Source: Gammaproteobacteria bacterium (GTDB taxonomy: Bacteria > Pseudomonadota > Gammaproteobacteria > UBA4575). Taken from it: 64,000 bases of DNA. Position numbers and translations under genes: made by a program. The stretch covers positions 32,187-96,186 of the forward strand of contig JBFGJY010000002.1 of NCBI GenBank assembly GCA_041576975.1, in the 5' to 3' direction. Numbering within the stretch: the first letter of the stretch is position 1; each line of letters starts with the position of its first letter. The notes under the pieces are model-generated. The model was not told the DNA's origin and searched no databases. It saw nothing but the letters and a program-made list of their open reading frames with translations. This document shows, one piece after another, positions 8,713 to 18,872 of this stretch.

Positions 8713-10197
8713 CTAGTGGAATAATGCATTGATAGCAGTATTTGCAAACCCAAAACTAAAAGAGGTTTCCAAACCAAAGTAAATGTTTGCGATGACCAAT
8801 ACCCAAAGTGGAATGAGCATTTGCAGGGGAGCTTCAAAAGTTACTTTTGTATCGTTATCAAAGCTATCTGCAGGACTTTTAAAGTAGGCGTATTCTACAA
8901 TTTTCCAGATGTAGACGATGGCGAGTAATGAACCGCCGACAATTATAATTGCGGCAAGCCAATGACTTTGTTCTATTGCGGCCGCTAATAAATACCATTT
9001 ACTAATGAATCCAGAGGTAAATGGAATACCTATAAGGCCAAGACCTAATAATACAATTGCAGCCATTGTCCATGGCATGCGTTTTCCTAGGCCGGCGAAA
9101 CTTTCCAATTGCACTGAGTGAATACGGAACACAATGCATGCCATCGCTAGAAACAATCCGCCTTTTATAATCGCGTGATTAAATAAATGCACCATGCCGG
9201 CAATGCTGCCACTTTTAGATGCAAGACCGATGCCTAATGTCATATAACCAATTTGTGCAACGCTTGAATAAGCAAACATACGTTTTATGTTGTCTTGAAA
9301 TATGGCAACAAAAGATGCTACGAAGATTGCAATTGCAGAAAGCGGTAATAGAATTTTTTCTAAATGAAAGTGTTGGAAAGAAATCTCATTTGAAAATAGT
9401 CCAAAAAAGAATCTAAATAACACATACAAGGAAACTTTTGTTGCTGTTGCAGATAGAAATACTGTTATCATCGATGGTGCATAAGCATAAGCATTGGGCA
9501 ACCAAAGATGTAATGGAAATAAAGCGAGTTTTAATGAAATCCCAACCGTGAAAAATGCAAATGCTGCATGTAATGCCCGTGAAGTAAGAAGCGCAGGTAT
9601 TTTTTGTTGTAGGTCAATAATATTTAATGTACCGGTTAGCATGTACAACAAGCCGACTCCTATTAATATGAAGGTAGCGCCAATAGTTCCCATGATTAAA
9701 TATTGATATGATGCAGTTAATGCCTTGCGATCTCGTCCCATCGCAATTAACACATAGGACGACAGTGAGCTAATTTCTAAAAATACGAAAAGATTAAACG
9801 CGTCACCTGTAGCAACAATGCCTAACAAGCCAGTTAGACAAAGTAAATATGCTGAGTAAAATAAACTAATTTTTTCTGGTGCAATTTCTTGTTCTATACT
9901 TTTGCGTGCAGCTAACATCGTTATACTGGCGGTTGCAGAAACGATGACTAAGACGTAGGAACTTAAGTGATCTATGCGATATTCAATTCCCCAAGGAGGT
10001 GCCCAGCCTCCAAGTTCATAAGACAGTACTCCATGTAAAGAAACTTCGCGTATTAGTAATAATGAAATGAAAAAAGTGAAAATACTTATAAAGGTTGCCA
10101 ATAACCAAGCCAGGCTGGCGCGTGTGAGCAACGAACAAAATGGCGCAGCGATTAAAGGGATGATCACTTGCATTACGGGGAGATGGAGAATGAACAC
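8713..10197 (-). CDS. MrpD/NuoM-like antiporter subunit (494 aa)
   Basis: Proton_antipo_M family membrane protein. Confidence 0.8.
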   Translation of the reverse strand: MFILHLPVMQVIIPLIAAPFCSLLTRASLAWLLATFISIFTFFISLLLIREVSLHGVLSYELGGWAPPWGIEYRIDHLSSYVLVIVSATASITMLAARKSIEQEIAPEKISLFYSAYLLCLTGLLGIVATGDAFNLFVFLEISSLSSYVLIAMGRDRKALTASYQYLIMGTIGATFILIGVGLLYMLTGTLNIIDLQQKIPALLTSRALHAAFAFFTVGISLKLALFPLHLWLPNAYAYAPSMITVFLSATATKVSLYVLFRFFFGLFSNEISFQHFHLEKILLPLSAIAIFVASFVAIFQDNIKRMFAYSSVAQIGYMTLGIGLASKSGSIAGMVHLFNHAIIKGGLFLAMACIVFRIHSVQLESFAGLGKRMPWTMAAIVLLGLGLIGIPFTSGFISKWYLLAAAIEQSHWLAAIIIVGGSLLAIVYIWKIVEYAYFKSPADSFDNDTKVTFEAPLQMLIPLWVLVIANIYFGLETSFSFGFANTAINALFH

Positions 10198-10559
10198 TAA
10201 GTTTCGTCCTGTTCTTCATCCTGCATGTGAATAATATTTTCATCCACTGTGCCGTATGCTCGATGAATCCTTGCAACGATTGCAAGGCCTAATGCAGTCG
10301 TGGCAACTCCAACCACAATAGCTGTCAAAATCAATACATGCGGTAAAGGATTAGAATAAATAGTAAAAGTATCCGTTAATATAGGTGCGGTTCCGTCATC
10401 TATTTTGCTCATAGAAATAAAGAAGATAAATACTGAAGTTTGAAAAATCGCTAAACCAATAATTTTTTTAATTAGATTTGAATCTGAAATGACGATATAA
10501 AAACCGATCATCATCAATATGATTGCTACCCAGTAATTGTAATAATCTGCAATCATCAA
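10197..10559 (-). CDS. MrpC/NuoK-like subunit (120 aa)
   Basis: Three TM helices with a NuoK-like pattern and an acidic C-terminal tail. Confidence 0.75.
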   Translation of the reverse strand: MMIADYYNYWVAIILMMIGFYIVISDSNLIKKIIGLAIFQTSVFIFFISMSKIDDGTAPILTDTFTIYSNPLPHVLILTAIVVGVATTALGLAIVARIHRAYGTVDENIIHMQDEEQDET

Positions 10560-10976
10560 TTACTCGGTGAATTCATCCAGCGTATAAAAAATCATGATCA
10601 TAACCGCGGCTACTGTAATGCCCACCCCCAACTCTATAAGGAAAATGCCAAGATGTTGTGCATGTTGATTTGTGTGTAGAAACACATTGTAGTCAAGGTA
10701 GTTTCCGCCCATTAGCATGGCAGCAACACCTACTCCCGCAAAAAGAAGCAAACCCAATGCAACGAATATGCGGATGACTGTCGATGGGAAAATTTGTTGA
10801 GCCTTGTCTCTACCGTATACTAATGCATAGAGTATTACTGCAGCTGCAAAGATTACCCCTGCTTGAAAACCTCCCCCTGGGCCGTAATCACCATGAAATT
10901 GTACATACAAGGCAAATAGCAGCACTGCAGGGATAATGAGCTTGCAAACCTCACGTAAAATCAAACTTCTTTTCAC
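10560..10976 (-). CDS. MrpB-like subunit (138 aa)
   Basis: Carries the GPGGGFQAG motif typical of MrpB. Confidence 0.7.
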   Translation of the reverse strand: MKRSLILREVCKLIIPAVLLFALYVQFHGDYGPGGGFQAGVIFAAAVILYALVYGRDKAQQIFPSTVIRIFVALGLLLFAGVGVAAMLMGGNYLDYNVFLHTNQHAQHLGIFLIELGVGITVAAVMIMIFYTLDEFTE

Positions 10977-11530
10977 GTTCTTTTATTTTTTTGACTACTT
11001 TTATCTTTAGGTTTGCCAATGAGTAATAACACACCTATTGCCGCGGTAAAGACGACGGTAACTTCGCCTAAGGTGTCGTAGCCACGATAGCTAGCTAACA
11101 CCGAGGTTACAACATTCGGGATACCAATTTCCTCACCGCTTTGCTTTAAGTAACGTGGTGCAACATGTGCATGGATAGGCGCGTCGGGATCGCCAAATAG
11201 TGGCATATCTAAAGTGCCATAAATTAATGCTGTTGCAGTGATGGATATGACGAGCAAGGGTAACAACTTGCCATGTCGACTTACACTTTGCTCTCTACCC
11301 GTGATTGCAATAGCACCAAGTAGTAGCACGGTTGTTAAGCCTGCACCTACAGCTGCCTCAGTAAAGGCAACATCTACAGCATCTAGGCTTACAAATAAGC
11401 CAGCTGATAATAAGCTATAAATCCCACTTAGCATTACTACTGCTAACAAGTTTTGTAGGCGCATCAATATGATTGCAGTAAGTGCTAATAATGTCAGTAA
11501 TGATATGTTGACGATAGTTTCTATATCCAT
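10973..11530 (-). CDS. MrpA C-terminal-like subunit (DUF4040 + MnhB domain, 185 aa)
   Basis: SVLASYRGYDTLGE, the signature of the MnhB domain. Confidence 0.7.
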   Translation of the reverse strand: MDIETIVNISLLTLLALTAIILMRLQNLLAVVMLSGIYSLLSAGLFVSLDAVDVAFTEAAVGAGLTTVLLLGAIAITGREQSVSRHGKLLPLLVISITATALIYGTLDMPLFGDPDAPIHAHVAPRYLKQSGEEIGIPNVVTSVLASYRGYDTLGEVTVVFTAAIGVLLLIGKPKDKSSQKNKRT

Positions 11531-11549
11531 AGGGCTGTAACCATCGTTG

Positions 11550-11852
11550 CTATTGATCAGTGTAATTTGAGCTTGTTATTTTTTCAGTGATTTTTGCCGC
11601 TCTAGCCAATGCATGTACTGCAGTTGGACCCGTTATCATCATAAAGAGCAAAATTAATAACAGTTTTATGATTACTAAAATTTCCTGAGTTTGTGTAATA
11701 AGGCCTAATAATATTAGGATCGCACCTAGGCTATCGATAATGCTTGCAGCGTGCACTCTAGAAAAAAATTCTGGCAAGCGCATTAAACCGAATGCACCGA
11801 CTAAACAAAAAGCGCTTCCAAACAGTAGCAGAATCCAGCCAATTATAATCAT
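11550..11852 (-). CDS. MrpG-like subunit (100 aa)
   Basis: GAFGLMRLPEFFSRVHAAS, the PhaG/MnhG signature. Confidence 0.7.
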   Translation of the reverse strand: MIIIGWILLLFGSAFCLVGAFGLMRLPEFFSRVHAASIIDSLGAILILLGLITQTQEILVIIKLLLILLFMMITGPTAVHALARAAKITEKITSSNYTDQ

Positions 11853-11861
11853 GTGTATACT

Positions 11862-12137
11862 TTAATCACGTTCATCTAAACTTTTGCCAAGACTGCCATA
11901 TCTAAATAGCTTTAATACTGCAATCGTCGAAATAAAATTTATCAGTACATATAGCAGGGCAATATCCATAAAGTCAGGGCGACTAGTTAAAAACCCAAAT
12001 AAAGCGATTAATAATACTGTTGCAGTCCCAAAAGTATTTATTGCCAGTATTCGATCAAATAGTGTTGGCCCGAGTGCAGCGCGTAGTAACAGAAAAAACA
12101 TTACTACTAAGATTGCAATGGTAGCGGCTATAAACAT
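11862..12137 (-). CDS. MrpF-like subunit (91 aa)
   Basis: ALGPTLFDRILA, an MrpF/PhaF motif. Confidence 0.7.
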   Translation of the reverse strand: MFIAATIAILVVMFFLLLRAALGPTLFDRILAINTFGTATVLLIALFGFLTSRPDFMDIALLYVLINFISTIAVLKLFRYGSLGKSLDERD

Positions 12138-12146
12138 CGAGTTATA

Positions 12147-12647
12147 TTAATCAATATTCGCTGGTTTTGTGGACTTGACTTCAAGGGCTAAAATTCGCTT
12201 ACTCATATCACCTTGTTGCAAATTATCTGCCAATTCTTTGGTAAGCGAGTGCACTTCAATAACATCAGTGTCTATATTCAAGCTATATGTACCAGGCGTT
12301 AAAGTGATGCAGTTTGCGTATACGGATTTACCCACATCACTATGCTGAGTAATGGGTACGGTGCTGATGTTTGGATCGATTGGTAATTTAGGTTGTAAAA
12401 TTCGCCAACTTACGTCAAGATTGGATTTAACTACTTCAATAAAAAACCAAGGCAAGAATCTTGGTAAATTGAGACTAAAGCGTAAGGTATGAGACTCAGG
12501 GTCAAGCAGAGCAAGCTTATGCGATAACCAAGCAACAAATAGACAACTTATTATTCCTAGGCAGAGCAACAAGCTGTCTAAATGGCCGGATAACAATAAC
12601 CAAGTGACAAATAATAGGAATGTTGTTATTAGTGCACGAATCAGCAT
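12147..12647 (-). CDS. MrpE-like subunit (166 aa), first gene of the operon
   Basis: ITLTPGT motif of MnhE. An AT-rich 200-bp putative promoter region lies upstream (12648-12846). Confidence 0.7.
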   Translation of the reverse strand: MLIRALITTFLLFVTWLLLSGHLDSLLLCLGIISCLFVAWLSHKLALLDPESHTLRFSLNLPRFLPWFFIEVVKSNLDVSWRILQPKLPIDPNISTVPITQHSDVGKSVYANCITLTPGTYSLNIDTDVIEVHSLTKELADNLQQGDMSKRILALEVKSTKPANID

Positions 12648-12846
12648 TGTTGGGCTGTCAGCTCGTCAGCAATTGGCGGCTAAAAATACTTAAGACTGAG
12701 ATATTATTCAAGCTGATAATACACACGTCAATATTGTTAATGTCATTATATTAACTCTATATATAAATATATTTATTGAGCTTGAATTGTTATTGAAATA
12801 TGTCAACTATACGTCATATTTAATTAAATCATTGCCTAAGGCAAAC

Positions 12847-14037
12847 TCACACTGTTTGTGTCGCAAGCTTAAGGCCTTTTTTTGCGCACCGATGTGCATC
12901 ATCGAGTTCATCTAGATGTTCATGTAATGCAGCTAGCTCGGCGTAGGTTTCTGGCAAAGGTTTACGGCTCAGACTAGATTCATAATAAGACTTGGCTTTG
13001 CCCCAGAGTTGTGCGCGCTTACATAATCGACCTAAAGTTAGAAACACGTTCGCATCATCGTCATGCTGTTGGGCCCATTGCTCAGCTTTATTAAGTGCAT
13101 GGTTAGGATCGTCTAGCTGTAATAATCCGTATTGATGAACAAGCTCAGTATTCCAGTTACTGTCTAAAGCATTAGCAATTAGAGTTTCTGCGGTTTGATG
13201 TTTTCCTTGGGCACGCAGCAACTCTATATAGGTAACAGCGAGTTCACTATTAGCAAGTATCACGTCTTTAAACTGTGAGCCGATATTTTCAACATTTTCT
13301 GAATTGCGCTTGTCTTTGCAAATGCGCAATAGACCACGCACTGTTTGTTTTTGTATTTCAGTTAGCACTTGCTTATTTAACCCTTTGTTCTTCTTCAAAT
13401 TTGGAATAATTTCAGATAATTTTTTCCAGTCATTTAATTGCACATACGCATTGACAAACAAATTAGCTATTTTTGAATTTGAGCGAATTTCATTGCTTTG
13501 TTGATTAAGGCATGCTAGAGCTCGCTCGGGTAAGCCTTGATCCAAAAAATGTTCTGCCTGTAAGACGTTGAGTGCTGAATGCGCTTCTGGAGTACACTTT
13601 TTTGCTATACCAAGGTAATGATCACGTGTTTCATATTCGCCGGCTTGATGTGCTGCGCGTGCGGCCCAAATATAGTTGATGCATGCAGTGTCTGTGTTGT
13701 CTGCTCCTCGTAACAAGAGTTTCTCAGATTGTTCCCAGTCACCGAGAATAAACTTTGTTAATCCTTCTTTTGTATCCCTTATCGCTTTATGTTGTTTACG
13801 ACGTAATGCTGCAACTTGAATACGTTTCGGCGCACTAAACAAATGGCTAATTACACGTAGCGATAAGTAAAAAACTACAAAAACAATAAATAGACCAATT
13901 GCAAATTTCACTAAAGGTAATTCAATAGTCAAATCACCATAATTAAAACTAGCGTAGCCGGGCGCTTGTATTAAAAATAATACAATACCCGCAAATACTA
14001 TAAGAAAAAATATAAAAATTAATAGTGTTCGTAGCAT
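12847..14037 (-). CDS. hemY: HemY-family protein (TPR; heme biosynthesis-associated)
   Basis: 396 aa with 2 N-terminal TM helices and C-terminal TPR repeats. Synteny hemC-hemD-hemX-hemY. Confidence 0.8.
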   Translation of the reverse strand: MLRTLLIFIFFLIVFAGIVLFLIQAPGYASFNYGDLTIELPLVKFAIGLFIVFVVFYLSLRVISHLFSAPKRIQVAALRRKQHKAIRDTKEGLTKFILGDWEQSEKLLLRGADNTDTACINYIWAARAAHQAGEYETRDHYLGIAKKCTPEAHSALNVLQAEHFLDQGLPERALACLNQQSNEIRSNSKIANLFVNAYVQLNDWKKLSEIIPNLKKNKGLNKQVLTEIQKQTVRGLLRICKDKRNSENVENIGSQFKDVILANSELAVTYIELLRAQGKHQTAETLIANALDSNWNTELVHQYGLLQLDDPNHALNKAEQWAQQHDDDANVFLTLGRLCKRAQLWGKAKSYYESSLSRKPLPETYAELAALHEHLDELDDAHRCAKKGLKLATQTV

Positions 14038-15183
14038 TTAACTATTCTCAATAGCTTCCATGGTCTCAAGTAGCAAAGTACTTGCTTCTGTGATATCCGG
14101 TAATTTCGGTTCAAGGTTGATGGTAGTTAACTCTCGAAGCTCATCAATTAGATCGCTGCTATTGTTAATTGAGTCGGTACTCTCAAGCCATGCAATAGCC
14201 GCTTCGAGTTCGCGATGGTAGCTTTCATCATCGCGGCTAGTTACCGCATATTTAGCACCTAGTAACTTCATACGCAAGAATTCATAAGCGCGCTGTTTTT
14301 CTTGTTGGCTAATGAATAGCTTTATTTTTTGTTCTTCACGAGTAATTTTGACAGAATTTCTTATTGAGTTTTTGATATTTTCCATAAGTTTTGTCCAGCC
14401 AGAATTTTGTTCATCATCATTAGCAGTATTAGTGTGATCTTTTTGTAGTTCATTGTGCTGGTGTTTTACATCTTTGATGAGTTTTTGTCTAAGCCCAGCA
14501 AGCACATTATCTAGCTGTAAACTAATTCCTACCCAGTCAGGATAGGGAAAGTTTTTTAGCTTTCCTACTTGTTTGGATATAGATTCGCGTACCGGCAATA
14601 GACGAGGATCATTGAGTTCATGCAAACGTAAACTTGCCGCATTTAATGCTGTGATTGCACCTGCGATATCGCGTTCAATATGCAAACGATGATTCGCCAT
14701 GCGCAGGACATGTTCAGCTTCTTTTACACCCCAGCCTAATCGACTGCGGTTTACATGGGCAAAAGTTTCTTGTGTTGATTCACTAATTCTTTCTAGCAAG
14801 TTTGCTTGTTGTTCAATTTTTTTCGATAGTTCAACCATTTGTTGGTCAATATTCTTAACATTTTCTTGCATTTGCTTTTTAAAACTTTGTAGCCTGGTGT
14901 TTTCGTCTATAGTTGCCACATCATGCGCAATAGATTGACGATCGACAGCGGCTTGATCAAGGCGTTTATTTAATTCAAGCCACGCGTAGTAACCTAAAGC
15001 AATGCCTGCAACGGCCATCAATAAGGCCAAAAATGCAATTAGGGCAATGAAAAAATGGCCACCACCAGCTTTCTTCTTGGTTTGTGCTGATTTTGGGGAA
15101 GGACTATTTTGATTATTCTTGTCATCCGGCATCGTTATATCTCTGCTTCTATATTTATTTGAACTACTTTTTAGCCCAGTCAT
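14038..15183 (-). CDS. hemX: HemX-family membrane protein
   Basis: 381 aa with an N-terminal charged region, one TM helix and a coiled-coil periplasmic domain. An alternative start at 15132 (MPDDKN) would avoid the 20-bp overlap with hemD. Confidence 0.75.
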   Translation of the reverse strand: MTGLKSSSNKYRSRDITMPDDKNNQNSPSPKSAQTKKKAGGGHFFIALIAFLALLMAVAGIALGYYAWLELNKRLDQAAVDRQSIAHDVATIDENTRLQSFKKQMQENVKNIDQQMVELSKKIEQQANLLERISESTQETFAHVNRSRLGWGVKEAEHVLRMANHRLHIERDIAGAITALNAASLRLHELNDPRLLPVRESISKQVGKLKNFPYPDWVGISLQLDNVLAGLRQKLIKDVKHQHNELQKDHTNTANDDEQNSGWTKLMENIKNSIRNSVKITREEQKIKLFISQQEKQRAYEFLRMKLLGAKYAVTSRDDESYHRELEAAIAWLESTDSINNSSDLIDELRELTTINLEPKLPDITEASTLLLETMEAIENS

Positions 15184-15940
15184 GTAAAGCTTTTAGCATA
15201 GCCTCGTCACTGGGATTTTCCGCTATTATAGGATTTTTTGCGAACCCAACCGAGCTTGCTTCTTTAGCAATGCGCTCACCTCCAACAATAAACGTTGCAT
15301 TAGTTAACCATTGTTGTTCATTTTTACTACAAAGTGACCATAAATTTTGTACAGACTCTACACTGTTAATCAAAATAGCAGTATCTTCCTTAGACAGTTC
15401 ACTGAGATCTTTCGTGTTACGTTGTACCGGAAGCCGTCGCTGGTAGACTTCAGCATAGCTTACCTCAGCGCCTCGCGACTCCAGTTCTTGACGTAAACGT
15501 TCACGTCCACCATGGCCACGAATGATCAGAATTTTTTGCCCCACTATTTTTTGCAAAGAATCATGATTGAGTAAGGCTTCACTGGTAAATCCAGTCATAG
15601 GAACAATGCTTACACTATGTCCATAACTCTCTAATGCCATTTTTGTTGCAGGACCCACTGCGGCTAATTGTTTATCCTTGAAGCTTAAGCTTAATTGTTG
15701 CACCAAATCCATTGCGTAATGTACGGCATTTGCGCTTATGAAAATTATTACGTCGTAAGTCCTTAGTTTTTTTAGAGCATTTTTGGCAGGCTTTATTTTT
15801 TTTACAGCCGTTATACTTATCACAGGGAAGTGCACAACAGTTGCTTGATTACGTTCCAATGACTCACACATATTTTTAGCTTGAGCAAGTGGACGTGTGA
15901 CGATAATCGTTTTACCGCTAAGTAGTTCGTGAGTATGCAT
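15164..15940 (-). CDS. hemD: Uroporphyrinogen-III synthase
   Basis: 258 aa, HemD family, between hemC and hemX. Confidence 0.8.
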   Translation of the reverse strand: MHTHELLSGKTIIVTRPLAQAKNMCESLERNQATVVHFPVISITAVKKIKPAKNALKKLRTYDVIIFISANAVHYAMDLVQQLSLSFKDKQLAAVGPATKMALESYGHSVSIVPMTGFTSEALLNHDSLQKIVGQKILIIRGHGGRERLRQELESRGAEVSYAEVYQRRLPVQRNTKDLSELSKEDTAILINSVESVQNLWSLCSKNEQQWLTNATFIVGGERIAKEASSVGFAKNPIIAENPSDEAMLKALHDWAKK

Positions 15941-15991
15941 TAATTAGATAGCGACTCGCGCCATATGAAGTAATTTATTAGTTAAATAAAC

Positions 15992-16906
15992 TTATGAGAT
16001 TGTGGCTAGAATTTTATCGGCACCTTGCGCTCTTAAATCTGCAGCTACAAATTGGCCTAATTGCAGAGGATTTTCTTTTGTGCCATGCTTTTCACTGCGA
16101 CATACTTTACTGCCATCAGGGTAACCAACTAGTGCTCGTAGCTTAAGTTGATCATTGTTTAACTCGGCAAATCCGGCAATAGGTAATTGGCAGCCTCCTT
16201 GTAGAGTTTGGCTTACTGCACGTTCCGCAGTTACACATATTTGGGTGTCAGCATGATTTAATGGCTGAATTAAAGACTCTATGACATCATCGTGTTGTCT
16301 ACATTCGATACCAATTGCACCTTGCCCAATTGCAGGAAGAGATTGTTCCGTAGTTAAATAGCAACGAATACGATTTTTGAAACCTAAACGCTTGAGCCCA
16401 GCGACTGCTAGGATAACTGCATCAAATTGTTCATCATCTAATTTCGCAAGACGCGTATTAACGTTACCACGTAACAATTTTATCTCTAACTGTGGATATG
16501 CAGCTTTAATTTGACATGCGCGACGTGAGCTAGATGTGCCTACTACTGCATGATCCGGAAGTGTATCAAGTCTATCATACCGATTAGAGACAAACGCATC
16601 ACATGGGTTCTCGCGCTCAAGAATTACGGGTAGGTGTAATGCAGCTGGTAATTCAATCGGTACATCTTTCATGGAGTGCACCGCAATGTCAGCTTGGTTT
16701 TCTAGTAAACCGCGTTCTAACTCTTTAACAAATAAGCCTTTGCCTCCATGTGTCGCGAGAGAATCTTGTAATAAACGATCACCAGTAGTGGTCATTTTGA
16801 TCAATTCAATAGATAAGTCACGGTGAATTTCTCGTAACAATCGAGATACTTCTTCAGCCTGCCACAAAGCCAGTGCACTTTTACGGGTGGCGATTTTTAT
16901 GTGCAC
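15992..16906 (-). CDS. hemC: Porphobilinogen deaminase (hydroxymethylbilane synthase)
   Basis: 304 aa. Cofactor-binding Cys in GGCQLPIA and a conserved N-terminal IATRKSALALWQA. Confidence 0.9.
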   Translation of the reverse strand: MHIKIATRKSALALWQAEEVSRLLREIHRDLSIELIKMTTTGDRLLQDSLATHGGKGLFVKELERGLLENQADIAVHSMKDVPIELPAALHLPVILERENPCDAFVSNRYDRLDTLPDHAVVGTSSSRRACQIKAAYPQLEIKLLRGNVNTRLAKLDDEQFDAVILAVAGLKRLGFKNRIRCYLTTEQSLPAIGQGAIGIECRQHDDVIESLIQPLNHADTQICVTAERAVSQTLQGGCQLPIAGFAELNNDQLKLRALVGYPDGSKVCRSEKHGTKENPLQLGQFVAADLRAQGADKILATIS

Positions 16907-16974
16907 AGAGTATTGTTGAATTTCCCCTTATTCTGAATAAAATAAGGGTGTAACACTCTTAAAACAAAATTGAT

Positions 16975-17706
16975 TTAGCGAGATTTTAAAAATTTACGCA
17001 CTTCCGCAACATGTCGGCGACTAATCTCTAGCCGGTCGTCGATTTCTCGGAAGGTAACTACAAAACGACCATCTTGGTTTTTTTCCATACCACTGATGTA
17101 GTGTGTACTAACTAAGGCATTGCGATGTATACGAATCAGTCTGCCTTCAAATTCATTTTCTAAATTTTTCAAAGCGTCTTCGATTAAAACTTCACCACCT
17201 AGGTGACGTACAGTGATGTATTTTTGGTCTGCTTGAAAATAAAGAACTTCATCGACCGGAATTAATTCAAGATTGCCGCGAATTCGCGCACAGATGTGGC
17301 TGCGTCCAGTGCTATCGGTTTCTTGATTGAGGGTGGCAATCTGCGCCTTAGTAAGTTTTTTGGCGCGTGCAATTGAATTTTCTAGCTTTTCTTGTCGCAC
17401 AGGTTTGACCAAATAGCCGACAGCTGAAGTATCAAATGCCTCCAACGCATGTTCGCTGTAAGCGGTTGTAAAAATGATCGCAGGTGGTTCATCCATTTCA
17501 GTGAGATGCCTTGCCGCCTCTAGGCCATCCATTCCTGGCATGCGTATATCCATTAGCACTACATCGGGGCGTGTGGATTGCACCATTTCCACGGCCTCAA
17601 TGCCATTGGTGGCCTCACCGGCATTTTGGATGTCATCAATGCTGCTTAGCATATGTGCTAGCCGGTCACGTGCTGGTGCTTCGTCATCTACGATTAATAC
17701 TTTCAT
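16975..17706 (-). CDS. algR: LytTR-family two-component response regulator (AlgR-like)
   Basis: REC domain (DDE..D phospho-acceptor region) plus a C-terminal LytTR DNA-binding domain. Sits between algZ and hemC as in Pseudomonas. Confidence 0.8.
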   Translation of the reverse strand: MKVLIVDDEAPARDRLAHMLSSIDDIQNAGEATNGIEAVEMVQSTRPDVVLMDIRMPGMDGLEAARHLTEMDEPPAIIFTTAYSEHALEAFDTSAVGYLVKPVRQEKLENSIARAKKLTKAQIATLNQETDSTGRSHICARIRGNLELIPVDEVLYFQADQKYITVRHLGGEVLIEDALKNLENEFEGRLIRIHRNALVSTHYISGMEKNQDGRFVVTFREIDDRLEISRRHVAEVRKFLKSR

Positions 17707-18788
17707 GTATCTGCCTCAATAGGAATATTAAATGATACCGTATAAAAGCCTTGTGCGTGGCGTATATCCATTTTACTGAAATCACCATAGGCCAATTGTA
17801 GTCGTTGCTTAATATTTTCTTGTGCCATTTTATTACCAGGACGCTTTTGGTCAATATTAATATCGCCGACTGGATTACTGATACTAAAGTGTAAATCGTG
17901 GGTTGTAGAGCTTATGTCAATATTTACCGTACCACCTTGTGTGAGAGGCTCTACCCCATGGTATATGGCATTTTCAACAATTGGTTGCAAGATTAACGCT
18001 GGCACCTTGGTGTTTAAGCTTATACCTTTTTCTATTTTTAATACAACATCAAGTCGTTTTCCGAGCCGTAGTCTCTCCATATTTATATAGCGGCGTGTGA
18101 AATTTAGCTCCTCTTGCAATGGCACCTGATCTTGGTGCCCAAGCGAGGCTCGAAATAAATCCGCTAAATCTTCCACTGCTTTTTCGGCCAATTCGGGATT
18201 CGAGTGAGTCAGGCTGGCAATGGTATTCATACTATTGAACAGGAAATGTGGCCGAATGCGTGCTTGTAGGGCCTGAATTCGAGACCGAGCCTCAACTTGA
18301 ATATTTGATTTCCACTGATGTTGGATATAAAAATAGCGTAGTGCGATCGCAGAGACTATAGCGCTGATTGTCATATTGCGAATTAAAAAATTGCTGCTTA
18401 GTAAAGCTGGTGACATTACGGGTTGTACATTTTCAGATGGTGTAAACCACATCGCAACTAGCGTCACAATTAAAGTCACGCTAAGACTAAGTGCATAATA
18501 ACTTATAGAAGCAATTGCTGGATGGAGATTCTTTAAAAAGCGGCGGCTCACACATAAGACTAAGATGTTGCCTAGTGCAATCCATTGTACAAATAAAGAA
18601 ACTAGAGATAGATATACCCAAAAATCTGTACGCAAAGTTCCGCCGGCTAGCGTTAAGATAAACGCCAGTAGTTGAGCAATCAGAATTACTAGTAAGATTA
18701 CACGCGTATTGCAGAAATCTGGCAAAAATGTTCGTTCAGTAGAAACAGATTCTGACTTAGTATTTTGATTGGGTTCAGTCTTGGCCAC
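17703..18788 (-). CDS. algZ: LytS/AlgZ(FimS)-type sensor histidine kinase
   Basis: Multi-TM N-terminus (5TMR-LYT-like), His_kinase domain and HATPase_c. Overlaps algR by 4 nt. Confidence 0.75.
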   Translation of the reverse strand: MAKTEPNQNTKSESVSTERTFLPDFCNTRVILLVILIAQLLAFILTLAGGTLRTDFWVYLSLVSLFVQWIALGNILVLCVSRRFLKNLHPAIASISYYALSLSVTLIVTLVAMWFTPSENVQPVMSPALLSSNFLIRNMTISAIVSAIALRYFYIQHQWKSNIQVEARSRIQALQARIRPHFLFNSMNTIASLTHSNPELAEKAVEDLADLFRASLGHQDQVPLQEELNFTRRYINMERLRLGKRLDVVLKIEKGISLNTKVPALILQPIVENAIYHGVEPLTQGGTVNIDISSTTHDLHFSISNPVGDINIDQKRPGNKMAQENIKQRLQLAYGDFSKMDIRHAQGFYTVSFNIPIEADT

Positions 18789-18872
18789 AATAGATAAATT
18801 AAAACAATATGTGTCGGTCGAGTCTGTTAAGCCTAATGTTATACTGTCGCTTTGTCTTGAGAAATTATTCCG

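Noticed and set aside
16907-16974. Stem-loop cccttatt/aataaggg between algR and hemC as a terminator
   Set aside because: No U-tract follows it on the transcribed strand. It is more likely an attenuator or processing structure, or fortuitous.
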